Below the pieces are notes generated by a model. The model worked only from the letters and a program-made list of their open reading frames with translations. It was not told the origin of the DNA and searched no databases. 64,000 bases of DNA from Caldilineales bacterium (GTDB taxonomy: Bacteria; Chloroflexota; Anaerolineae; Caldilineales; Caldilineaceae): contig JBBRBX010000012.1 of assembly GCA_038205395.1 (NCBI GenBank), positions 3,298 through 67,297 of the forward strand, in the 5' to 3' direction. The translations under genes were made by a program, and so were the position numbers. Each line of letters opens with the position of its first letter. Position 1 is the first letter of the stretch. Positions 1 to 9,232 of the stretch are shown in pieces.

Positions 1-105
1 GTTTCGTCAAGAGATGGTCTGTGTCCTCGCCTTTCAGGATGCAGAGCCGCTCCTAGAAGTTCCGGCTGAAGAGGCCGGACGCGGCAAAGGAAAAGGTGAA
101 AAGGT

Positions 106-417
106 ATGTATGCAGTGATTCGAACCGGCGGCAAGCAATATTGCGTCGCAGCCGGCGACACACTCGAGGTGGAAAAGCTCGCCGGCAGCAACGGCGAGGC
201 TGTGACCCTGAGTGATGTGCTCTTGGTCAGCAAGGGCGACACGGTGACGGTAGGCGCGCCGAATGTGGAGGGTGCAACGGTCACAGCGAAGATTACGGGC
301 CAATACCGGGGCGATAAGATTCTCGTCTTCAAGTACCGGCCCAAGAAGCGCATCCGCGTGCGCAGGGGCCATCGCCAGTATATCACCCGCCTGTACATCG
401 AGGCGATCAACGCCTGA
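106..417 (+). CDS. rplU: 50S ribosomal protein L21
   Basis: 103-aa ORF. The N-terminus MYAVIRTGGKQY...GDTLEVEKL is the canonical L21 signature. L27 follows directly, as in the conserved rplU-rpmA arrangement. Confidence 0.95.
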   Translation: MYAVIRTGGKQYCVAAGDTLEVEKLAGSNGEAVTLSDVLLVSKGDTVTVGAPNVEGATVTAKITGQYRGDKILVFKYRPKKRIRVRRGHRQYITRLYIEAINA

Positions 418-474
418 GTGATCGAATCTACCGGCGCAGGTGCTTTTGCCGGATTCGAAAAAGGAGACACTACC

Positions 475-798
475 ATGGCACATAAAAAAGGTGGCGGTTC
501 CAGCCGCAACGGTCGTGATTCAAACTCACAACGCCTGGGTGTAAAGCGCTTCGGCGGCCAGTTGGTCAAATCAGGCAATATCCTGGTGCGCCAGCATGGC
601 ACGAAGTTTTACCCCGGTCTGAATGTCGGCATCGGCAGGGATAATACGCTGTTTGCCACTGCTGACGGCATTGTGACGTTTGAGTGGATTGTCAAGGGCC
701 GCAAGCAGATCAGCGTCTACCCACAGGCATCGCAGAATGGTGCAGCGGGGCAGGCTGCAGTGCTGCCAAGTATGGCTGAACAAGGTTCGGCTGATTAA
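475..798 (+). CDS. rpmA: 50S ribosomal protein L27
   Basis: ATG at 475 is preceded by [36 protein letters not shown]... is the canonical L27 N-terminus. The ORF-track start at 418 is an upstream in-frame extension. About 20 aa of non-conserved C-terminal tail. Confidence 0.93.
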   Translation: MAHKKGGGSSRNGRDSNSQRLGVKRFGGQLVKSGNILVRQHGTKFYPGLNVGIGRDNTLFATADGIVTFEWIVKGRKQISVYPQASQNGAAGQAAVLPSMAEQGSAD

Positions 799-809
799 GG
801 TGAGCTAAC

Positions 810-1157
810 ATGAGAGCTGATATCCATCCCAAGTATTATACGGACGCACGCGTCACCTGCTCGTGCGGCAACAGTTGGACCACGGGCAGCACGCTGCCGG
901 AAATCCGCACGGACGTTTGCAGCGCCTGTCACCCCTATTTCACCGGTGAACAGCGCATTGTCGACACGGCCGGCCAGGTCGAGCGCTTTATGAAGCGCCT
1001 CGAACGCCGCCAGAGTGAGACGGCGCGTCGCGATCTGGAAATGCAGGTGCGCAAGGAAGCTGACGAGGCAGGCCGCAAGGCGCGCGCCCGCGGCGGCAAT
1101 GCCGACGCGGCTGCGGCGGAAGTCTACGCCAAATATGCGGTTGAGCTGCAGGACTGA
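810..1157 (+). CDS. rpmE: 50S ribosomal protein L31 (Cys-containing, zinc-type)
   Basis: [10 protein letters not shown]...CSCGNSW...[10 protein letters not shown] is the L31 signature with both CxxC-type pairs. A charged C-terminal extension of about 45 aa is present. Confidence 0.93.
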   Translation: MRADIHPKYYTDARVTCSCGNSWTTGSTLPEIRTDVCSACHPYFTGEQRIVDTAGQVERFMKRLERRQSETARRDLEMQVRKEADEAGRKARARGGNADAAAAEVYAKYAVELQD

Positions 1158-1181
1158 CGTTCGGCTGGTTTTGTGATCAAA

Positions 1182-1212
1182 AGGGCGGGGAGCAATCTCT
1201 GCCCTTTTTGTT
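1182..1212 (+). terminator. Intrinsic terminator after rpmE
   Basis: AGGGCGGGG/CTCTGCCCT form a 9-bp stem (two G-U pairs) with a 6-nt loop, followed by TTTTTGTT. Confidence 0.55.
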
Positions 1213-1290
1213 GCCTTTTTTTATTGCCGCTTGTTGCCGTTTGGCATACTTTATTGCAGACTTTGTTGCTGGAAAGTTTCCTGTTGCCCT

Positions 1291-1878
1291 ATGCACTACA
1301 CACCGAGTGGTGGCTGGATCGAACTGGTGTGCGGTTCGATGTTCAGCGGAAAAACGGAAGAGCTGCTGCGCCGCATCCGGCGCGCCGAAATTGCCCGCAA
1401 AAAGGTGCAGTTGTTCAAACCGACGATCGACAACCGCTATGGCCTTGTGCGCGTAGCCTCGCATGACGGCCTGGCGCGTGAGGATGCCATTGTCGTCTGT
1501 GATGCACAGGATATTCTGCGCCGGCTGGCTGTCGACACGGAGGTAGTCGCTGTGGATGAGGTGCAGTTCTTCGACGACACCATCGCCGATGTCTGCGACC
1601 ATCTGGCGGATCGCGGCTTGCGTATGATTGTGGCCGGACTTGACCAAGACTTCCGCGGCGAACCGTTTGGCCCTATGCCGCTGCTTCTGGCACGCGCCGA
1701 GCGAGTCGATAAGCTGCACGCCATCTGCGTAGCCTGCGGCGCCTCTGCCTCGCGCACCCAGCGGCTGATCGATGGCCGCCCGGCGCGGTTTGACGATCCC
1801 GTCATTTTTGTCGGCGGCAGCGAAAGCTACGAGGCGCGCTGCCGCAACTGCCATGAGGTGCCGGGCAAGCCGCGCTGA
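1291..1878 (+). CDS. tdk: Thymidine kinase
   Basis: [22 protein letters not shown]-loop and a C-terminal CxxC...CxxC zinc ribbon (CVACG...CRNCH) are typical of type II TK. The ATG at 1291 fits homolog length; the ORF-track start at 1231 adds a Cys/Leu-rich junk extension. Confidence 0.9.
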   Translation: MHYTPSGGWIELVCGSMFSGKTEELLRRIRRAEIARKKVQLFKPTIDNRYGLVRVASHDGLAREDAIVVCDAQDILRRLAVDTEVVAVDEVQFFDDTIADVCDHLADRGLRMIVAGLDQDFRGEPFGPMPLLLARAERVDKLHAICVACGASASRTQRLIDGRPARFDDPVIFVGGSESYEARCRNCHEVPGKPR

Positions 1879-2786
1879 TGCCGCAGCCCTGTTCGCTGCC
1901 GATTGTCTACCACCCCGACAATGTGGCGCCGCTGCCGCCCGGCCACCGCTTTCCGATGGCAAAGTTTGGCAAGCTGTACGAGGTGTTGGTGCGCGACGGC
2001 GTCGCCACCCTCGACCAGTTTCACTGTCCTGCTGAGCCGGCGGCCCCCGATTTGCTGGCGCTGGCGCATACGCCTGCTTATATTGATTCCTATCTCACCG
2101 GCAGCATTGCTGCGCGGGCTATGCGCCGCATCGGGCTGCCGTGGGATGTGCGGCTGGTCAAGCGCACCTGCACGGCATTGGCCGGCACGCTGCTGACGGC
2201 GGAGCTGGCTCTGGAGCATGGCCTGGCGTGCAGCACAGCCGGCGGCACGCATCACGCCTACGCCGATTTCGGCTCCGGCTACTGCATCTTTAACGATCTG
2301 GCGGTGGCGGGCCGCGCCCTCCGCCGGCGGGGAGCCGTGCGTCGCGTCCTGATCATCGATCTGGATGTGCACCAGGGTGACGGCACCGCCAGCATTCTGC
2401 AGGATGATCCTGCCATTTTTACCTTCTCCATGCACTGCGGGGCCAATTTCCCTTTTCGCAAGCAGGCGAGCGACCTGGATGTAGAGCTGCCGGTGGGGAT
2501 GGAAGACGACGCCTATCTGCAGACGCTGGCGCGGTATGTGCCCGATCTGCTGGCGCAGGTGCGCCCCGATCTGGTGCTGTATGACGCCGGGGTCGACCCG
2601 CACAAGGACGATCTGCTGGGCAAATTGGCGCTGAGCGATGCCGGCCTCTACCGCCGCGACCACTATGTGCTCGCCACCTGCCTGGCGGCAGGTGTGCCTG
2701 TCGCCTGTGTCATCGGCGGCGGCTACAGCCACGATCTCGATGCCCTGGCGGTGCGCCATTCACTGGTGCATCGGGCTGCGGCAGAC

Positions 2787-2804
<18 letters not shown>
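1878..2804 (+). CDS. Histone deacetylase-family (HDAC/AcuC-like) deacetylase
   Basis: [22 protein letters not shown] and [12 protein letters not shown] motifs are characteristic of the arginase/deacetylase fold HDAC family. The start overlaps the tdk stop (TGATG). Confidence 0.9.
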
Positions 2805-3851
<1,047 letters not shown>

Positions 3852-3996
3852 TATCGTATACGATCCGGTGCATGGCGGTCAAAAAGCCCGGCCATTGGTG
3901 CGTGTTTCGCAGCCTGCAACTTGCGCCGGCGGGCTGCGTATCGTAAACAGCAGGTAAACAAACGCTAGGCAACCGTTTTGGAAATTGTGTGGAGAA

Positions 3997-4026
3997 TTGA
4001 CGCAACTAACATGCAAATGCTAGACT
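3997..4026 (+). promoter_or_regulatory. Sigma-70-like promoter placed for a leaderless transcript
   Basis: TTGACG (3997-4002), an 18-nt spacer, then TAGACT (4021-4026). The GTG start at 4033 lies 6 nt after the -10 hexamer. Confidence 0.45.
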
Positions 4027-4032
4027 GCAGCG

Positions 4033-4725
4033 GTGAGCAACCTAATCAGCACCCCATCTGCACGAACCGGCATTGATTTGGCCGGCGGCATGCCTGAATT
4101 TCCCGGCATTCCGGGCGGCACGCTGCCGACCAGCTTGTCAGTGGCGAGTTTTCAACAAAAGCGCCTGCTGTTCAACCGCTTAGGACAGCCGGGACAGGTG
4201 CATGTGTACCGCGCCGACTGTCGCGCCGGCGACCGGCTGCGCGTGCAGATGTTGGTGCCTGTCCTGCCGGTGGGTGGGGCAGTAGTGCCTGCGTTTGCCG
4301 TCGTGGCGCAGAGCTTGCCCTACAGCGCTGACGTGCACAAGCTGCCGTTTAAGCTGCCTGCCGGGCTTAGCGCGGTGGTGGCGCCGCCGCCCAGTGAATT
4401 GGTGACGCCTGTGGCTGATGCACTTACCAGCGTCCGTTATTATCCTGGGCCGACCATCGACACCAGAACATTGGTGGGCGGGCGCGCCTATATTGTGGTG
4501 TGGAGCCCATACAACCATATGGGCAAGTATGTGCTGCAAATCGGCCAGCGCTGGCCGATGCGCTGGACGTACTGGGTGCAGCTTCCGCTCTTCTGGTGGC
4601 AGATTCGCGGCTGGTTCGGTCTGAGCCGCGCCGGCGCCTATGCTGCGGTTGCGGGATTGGCGGCTCTCGGTGCACTGGCGTTGGCTCTTCGGCGCCGCCG
4701 GCGGCTGCCGGCAGATGCTGCATAG
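4033..4725 (+). CDS. Hypothetical membrane-anchored protein
   Basis: 230-aa ORF with a GTG start, no family recognised. It has a Trp-rich C-terminal segment (WTYWVQLPLFWWQIRGWF), a TM helix, and an RRRRR tail. Codon usage resembles its neighbours. Confidence 0.5.
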   Translation: MSNLISTPSARTGIDLAGGMPEFPGIPGGTLPTSLSVASFQQKRLLFNRLGQPGQVHVYRADCRAGDRLRVQMLVPVLPVGGAVVPAFAVVAQSLPYSADVHKLPFKLPAGLSAVVAPPPSELVTPVADALTSVRYYPGPTIDTRTLVGGRAYIVVWSPYNHMGKYVLQIGQRWPMRWTYWVQLPLFWWQIRGWFGLSRAGAYAAVAGLAALGALALALRRRRRLPADAA

Positions 4726-4777
4726 CATTATGTTGATTCTGTATTGATTGCTGTAATAGGAGTCTTTAACCAAAACT

Positions 4778-5989
4778 ATGCGTATTATCTTGTACCTGGG
4801 CAAAGGCGGCGTCGGCAAGACGACAACCGCCGCCGCCTCCGCAATTCGCAGCGCTGAATTAGGCTACCGGACACTGGTCGTGAGCACCGATATCGCCCAC
4901 AGCCTGGCCGACAGCCTGGATATACCGTTGACCGGTCAGGCAGAGGAAATTGCCCCCAACCTGTATGCGCAAGAGATCAACGTGCTGGAGGAAGTGCGCG
5001 AACACTGGGGCCAGATGCAGGGCTATCTGGGCGGTGTGCTGCGCAAACAAGGCATGAGTAAGGCCGTGGCCGAAGAGATGGCCATTATTCCCGGCATGGA
5101 AGAGGTCGTCAGCCTGCTGCATATCAACAAGCAGGCCAATGAAGGCCACTTTGACCGTGTAATCGTAGACGCTGCCCCGACCGGCGAGACGATCCGGCTG
5201 TTGACCATGCCGGAAAGTTTTCAGTGGTATATCGGGCGGCTGCGCGGCTGGGGCGACGCCACCATGCGCATGGCTGTCGGCATGATAGGCCGCTTCTTGC
5301 CTGAAAAAGACATCATGGGCGGGCTGGATAACCTGGTGGCGGGGGTTAAGGAGTTGCAGAAGGTGCTCACCGACCCCAGCGTTACCAGCTATCGGGTTGT
5401 GCTCAATCCGGAAAAAATGGTTTTGAAGGAAGGCGCGCGCGCCATCACCTATCTGTCGCTGTTTGGCTACCCGGTCGATGCCGCCGTGGTCAATCGCGTC
5501 CTGCCGGGGATTGAAAGCGATGGCGTGGGGAATGCCTGGGTGGCGGAAGCCAGCAGCGACCCTTACCTGCAGCACTTGCAGCAAATTCAAGCCCGCTATC
5601 TGGGCGAAGTGGAGCGTGATTTCTACCCCCTGCCGATTTTTCGCTCGCGCTGGTATGATCAAGAGATGGTTGGCTTGCCGCGCCTGCGCGAGTTGGCCGC
5701 GACTCTCTTTGGCGAGCGCGATCCGGGGGAGATCTTTTTCACCGGCCAGATGCAGAGTGTTGAAGAAGATGGCGAGGATTTTATCTTGAAGCTGCCGCTG
5801 CCGCAGGTGGAGCTTAATAAGGTGCGCCTTATGAAGCGGGGCGACGAACTGTTTGTCAGCATCGGCAACTTCAAGCGTGAACTGCTGCTGCCGGCTGTAT
5901 TGGCACAGCGTGACGCCAGCGGCGCTACCTTCACGAATGGCGTACTCAAAGTGCGCTTCCCGCCCGACTCGCAGGCGGAGACGGCATAG
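4778..5989 (+). CDS. ArsA/Get3-family ATPase with C-terminal HSP20-like domain
   Basis: [14 protein letters not shown] deviant Walker A and [10 protein letters not shown] switch region. The C-terminal ~70 aa ([18 protein letters not shown]...GVLKVRF) resemble an alpha-crystallin/HSP20-like beta-sandwich. Confidence 0.9.
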   Translation: MRIILYLGKGGVGKTTTAAASAIRSAELGYRTLVVSTDIAHSLADSLDIPLTGQAEEIAPNLYAQEINVLEEVREHWGQMQGYLGGVLRKQGMSKAVAEEMAIIPGMEEVVSLLHINKQANEGHFDRVIVDAAPTGETIRLLTMPESFQWYIGRLRGWGDATMRMAVGMIGRFLPEKDIMGGLDNLVAGVKELQKVLTDPSVTSYRVVLNPEKMVLKEGARAITYLSLFGYPVDAAVVNRVLPGIESDGVGNAWVAEASSDPYLQHLQQIQARYLGEVERDFYPLPIFRSRWYDQEMVGLPRLRELAATLFGERDPGEIFFTGQMQSVEEDGEDFILKLPLPQVELNKVRLMKRGDELFVSIGNFKRELLLPAVLAQRDASGATFTNGVLKVRFPPDSQAETA

Positions 5990-6014
5990 ATTTGTTGTAA
6001 ATTCATCTATGGTT

Positions 6015-6049
6015 CTACGTGACAGCCGGCACTGCCGGCTGTCACGTAG
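6015..6049. repeat. Perfect inverted repeat (16-bp arms, 3-nt loop); possible terminator
   Basis: CTACGTGACAGCCGGC-ACT-GCCGGCTGTCACGTAG lies between the ArsA-like gene and the methyltransferase gene. No U-tract follows. Confidence 0.6.
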
Positions 6050-6065
6050 ATGATGGAATAGGGGG

Positions 6066-6722
6066 GTGGCTTTGAGTTTCTTGTTGAATTTTGTGGCGAA
6101 CAGTGTGGTGACAGGGCTTGGTGCGGCCACCGGCTTGCAGGCAACGCTGCGCGCAACGCAAAACCTGCATCCCTACCCCTTACCCTGGCAGTTTGCCGGG
6201 CTGCTTGATCTGCCGCTGCGCCGCCAATATTTGGACCCCGGCGAGGTGCTGGGCATGTACGGTGTGAACAGCGGCATGCGGCTGCTGGATGCCGGCTGCG
6301 GCACAGGTCTCTTTACCGTCGAGATGGCGCGCATGTTGGGCGACCAGGGTCAAGTTCACGCCGTGGATGTTCAGCCGGCTATGATTGAACGCACGCGCAC
6401 GCGTGTCGCCGCCGCCGGCGTCGACCACCTGGTGCAGTTGCACCAGTGTGGTATCTATGACCTGCCCTTTGAAGATGACACGATTGATTTGGCGATTATG
6501 ATTTCGACGCTGGGCGAAGTGGCCGATAAACCTGCTGCTCTGTCGGAACTGCGGCGCATCCTGCTGCCCCGCGCCCGTCTGGCTGTCACGGAAGAAATGC
6601 TGTTTACAAGCTATCAATTGGCGGGCAGCAGCCGGCGTTGGGTTGAAGAGGCCGGCTTTCGCTTTTTGGCGAAAACAGGCTCTCCCCTTTGCTATCATAT
6701 GGTTTTTGCCAATGAAAAATAA
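6066..6722 (+). CDS. Class I SAM-dependent methyltransferase
   Basis: LLDAGCGTGLFTVEMA (motif I) and a downstream acidic loop. GTG start. Confidence 0.8.
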   Translation: MALSFLLNFVANSVVTGLGAATGLQATLRATQNLHPYPLPWQFAGLLDLPLRRQYLDPGEVLGMYGVNSGMRLLDAGCGTGLFTVEMARMLGDQGQVHAVDVQPAMIERTRTRVAAAGVDHLVQLHQCGIYDLPFEDDTIDLAIMISTLGEVADKPAALSELRRILLPRARLAVTEEMLFTSYQLAGSSRRWVEEAGFRFLAKTGSPLCYHMVFANEK

Positions 6723-6850
6723 CCGATAAAATAATCGGTCAAGCCGTGACGCAAGCGGCAGCCGAAACCCGTTCCACCATACAGAATCGGCGCTATACGC
6801 AACAGTCCGCTCTTTTTGGAACCTCCCTTCCCGCACCGAAACGAACATCT

Positions 6851-7951
6851 ATGCTACAGTCTGAATTAGATTTAAGCCTGCCCTATGTCACGGCGGATTT
6901 GCCCGGTATTGGCGGTGTGTTGCGCGCCGACGCCGAAGATTTTGTGGTTGAAGAAGTGCCGCTGTATGCAGCACAAGGGGAAGGCCAACACTTGTATGTC
7001 AATGTGACAAAAGTTGGCTTGACGACGAAAGAGGTGCAGCTTGCGCTGGAGCGTCTGTTTTCGTTAAAAAAAGGTGATGTCAGTTTTGCAGGCATGAAAG
7101 ACAAGCGGGCGCGTACGACGCAGACCTTCAGTCTGAATGTGGGGCACAAGCCGGCGATTTTTGCGGAAACGGCTGCGGCCACGATCGCCGCTAACTTGCC
7201 GCTGACCGTCAACTGGGCGGATTTTCATGGCAATAAGTTGAAGCCGGGCCATTTGCTGGGCAACCGCTTTACCATCCGCGTCACGGAACTGGCTTTACCG
7301 TTGGTGGAAGCGTATGCGCGAGCGCAGGCTGTGGTTGGGCGGTTGAAAACGACCGGTCTGCCTAATTACTTTGGTATGCAGCGGCTGGGAGAGGGTGGGG
7401 CGAATGTGCGTCAAGGGCTTGCACTCCTGCAGGGCGAGTCTGATAAGCGGGACCGCTGGCTGCGGCGCTTCTTGATCTCGGCCTACCAGAGCTATTTGTG
7501 CAACCGCTACCTGGCTCTTCGTCTGGAAATGGATGCTTTCTCTCATCTGCTGGCTGGAGATGTGGCGAAGAAGTACGCCACCGGCGGCATGTTTGATGTG
7601 CTTGACGCCGCGGTGGAGCAGCCTCGCTATGCGGCGCAAGAGATCAGCTTTACGGCTCCTCTCTATGGCCCTCGCATGTGGCAGGCCAAAGAGGCCGCTG
7701 CGGAGTTGGAAGAGACGGTGCTGCAGCAGGCGCCGGTGACGATGGAACAATTTAGCCGCGCCCATGTCGAGGGTACACGCCGGATGGGGCGGCTGTTGGT
7801 GACGAATTTGGAAGTGGAGGCGGACGCCGGCGCTGTCATCTTGCGCTTCGAACTGCGCAAGGGAGCGTTTGCGACAACTGTGCTGCGCGAAGTGATGAAG
7901 GTTGAGGCTGCGGCACTGGCGCCGATTGATGAAGATACTGGAGACGAGTGA
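6851..7951 (+). CDS. truD: tRNA pseudouridine(13) synthase TruD
   Basis: EDFVVEE, GEGQHLY, FAGMKDKRARTTQ and GLPNYFGMQRLG motifs match TruD. The ATG at 6851 fits homolog N-termini; the track start at 6746 is an extension. Confidence 0.88.
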   Translation: MLQSELDLSLPYVTADLPGIGGVLRADAEDFVVEEVPLYAAQGEGQHLYVNVTKVGLTTKEVQLALERLFSLKKGDVSFAGMKDKRARTTQTFSLNVGHKPAIFAETAAATIAANLPLTVNWADFHGNKLKPGHLLGNRFTIRVTELALPLVEAYARAQAVVGRLKTTGLPNYFGMQRLGEGGANVRQGLALLQGESDKRDRWLRRFLISAYQSYLCNRYLALRLEMDAFSHLLAGDVAKKYATGGMFDVLDAAVEQPRYAAQEISFTAPLYGPRMWQAKEAAAELEETVLQQAPVTMEQFSRAHVEGTRRMGRLLVTNLEVEADAGAVILRFELRKGAFATTVLREVMKVEAAALAPIDEDTGDE

Positions 7952-8029
7952 AGTAACGTTATGAGCTATTTACGCCCGCGTGTTCCCGGTTCCTCGGGAC
8001 GTGAAGAAGAAGAGGGGTCTAAACCTGTT

Positions 8030-8701
8030 ATGAAGGAGATGCCGCTCTTCCCGCTAAAAAATGTCGTGCTGTTTCCGGGCATGGTGCTGCCCCTGCACAT
8101 TTTTGAACTGCGCTACCGTGAGATGATCAATCATTGCGTGGCCGAACGAATCCCCTTTGGTGTGGTGTTGATCGATGAAGGCAAGGAGGTGGGTGCTGCT
8201 GCGCAGCCGCACATGATCGGAACGGCGGCCCGTATTGTGCGGGTGGACCGGCTGGAAGATGGCTGTATGGATATTACGGCGGTGGGTACACAGCGCTTTC
8301 GTATTCTGGAACTGAACCACAGCCGCAGTTATCTGAGCGCCACCGTCACCCAGTTTCCCCTGGTGAATGGCGCCACCAAGCTGGCGGCGGACCTGGCGCA
8401 GCGGGTGCGTCCGCAAGTGATGAACTATGTGGAACTGTTGGCCAAGGCCAGCAGCACCAACTTGCGCCTTGAGCGGCTGCCCGAAGATCCGTTGACTCTC
8501 GCATTTCTAATCGCCATTGCTTTGCAAGTCAAAGCGGGCGACAAGCAAAAGATCTTGCAGATGCCGGGCATTCCGGAAATTCTTGCCTTGGAGAGCCGCC
8601 TGATCGCACGTGAGTCAAAGCTGATGAATTTTATGCTGGAGACGCAGCAGGATGTGCTGGCGATGAACAGTGGCCCGACCGGCTATATCTTTCCCAATTG
8701 A
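8030..8701 (+). CDS. LON N-terminal (substrate-binding) domain protein
   Basis: MPLFPLKNVVLFPGMVLPLHIFELRYREM is the Lon N-domain signature, with no AAA or protease domain. The start could be 7961 or 8030. Confidence 0.82.
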   Translation: MKEMPLFPLKNVVLFPGMVLPLHIFELRYREMINHCVAERIPFGVVLIDEGKEVGAAAQPHMIGTAARIVRVDRLEDGCMDITAVGTQRFRILELNHSRSYLSATVTQFPLVNGATKLAADLAQRVRPQVMNYVELLAKASSTNLRLERLPEDPLTLAFLIAIALQVKAGDKQKILQMPGIPEILALESRLIARESKLMNFMLETQQDVLAMNSGPTGYIFPN

Positions 8702-8801
8702 CGGGTAAATCACCTGGCGAATTGACCGGCGCGCTTGCGCTGAAATTTGCTGACTGCACGCGGCAGTGCTATACTCTGGAATCATTGCTGGATGGCTGTG
8801 A

Positions 8802-8877
<76 letters not shown>

Positions 8878-8940
8878 TCTTTTGCAAAAGTTGTTTTTTA
8901 CATCCAAAGCGTTGACCAGGACAGCGGCGGACAGAGCCTT

Positions 8941-9176
8941 TTCTTACAGAGAGCGACGGTGAATGGTGTGAGCCGGCGCAGAAGAACTGGACGTAGACCC
9001 CCTGGGAGTGAGTGGGCGAAGGATGGCGTCAGCCACCTGTGTAGCCTGTTCCGGTTCGCCTCGTTAGCGGCGCCACAAGTGGCTTTTCCTCGCCGGCATA
9101 CGCAGCAGGGGAGCGGCAAAATGGGTGGAACCACGCGCGCAAGCTTCGTCCCATAGAGGGCGGAGCTTTTTTGTTT
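8941..9176 (+). promoter_or_regulatory. T-box riboswitch leader (transcription-attenuation type)
   Basis: T-box core AAAUGGGUGGAACCACGCG lies at 9120-9137. The terminator GCTTCGTCC/GGGCGGAGC (9143-9166) plus TTTTTTGTTT has a 5' arm that is shared with the antiterminator 3' strand (CGUCCC). Upstream elements are AGAGAGCGA (8948-8956), a GGUGUGA-containing distal hairpin (8957-8975), and an F-box-like CUCGUUA (9060-9066). Confidence 0.75.
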
Positions 9177-9232
9177 GCATCCGGCTGCAGGAGGCCCGTT
9201 GGCAGCGGCCGCAGGTGAAATGGGGTGTGGGA

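Noticed and set aside
418-474. An in-frame extension upstream of L27, considered either as an N-terminal propeptide (Prp-processed L27) or as a ysxB-like gene between rplU and rpmA.
   Set aside because: The extension is only 19 codons, starts at the GTG immediately after the L21 stop, and has no SD. A strong AAAGGAGA precedes the ATG at 475, and the mature-type MAHKK N-terminus begins there.
1231-1290. Upstream-extended starts given by the ORF track: tdk at 1231, truD at 6746, the binding protein at 24210, the permease at 25138, the hydrolase-like gene at 26623, and the lipid kinase at 62132.
   Set aside because: The extensions add non-homologous, often Cys/Arg-rich residues. They overlap upstream genes or terminators. 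Internal ATGs with SDs, signal peptides or stop-start overlaps match homolog N-termini.
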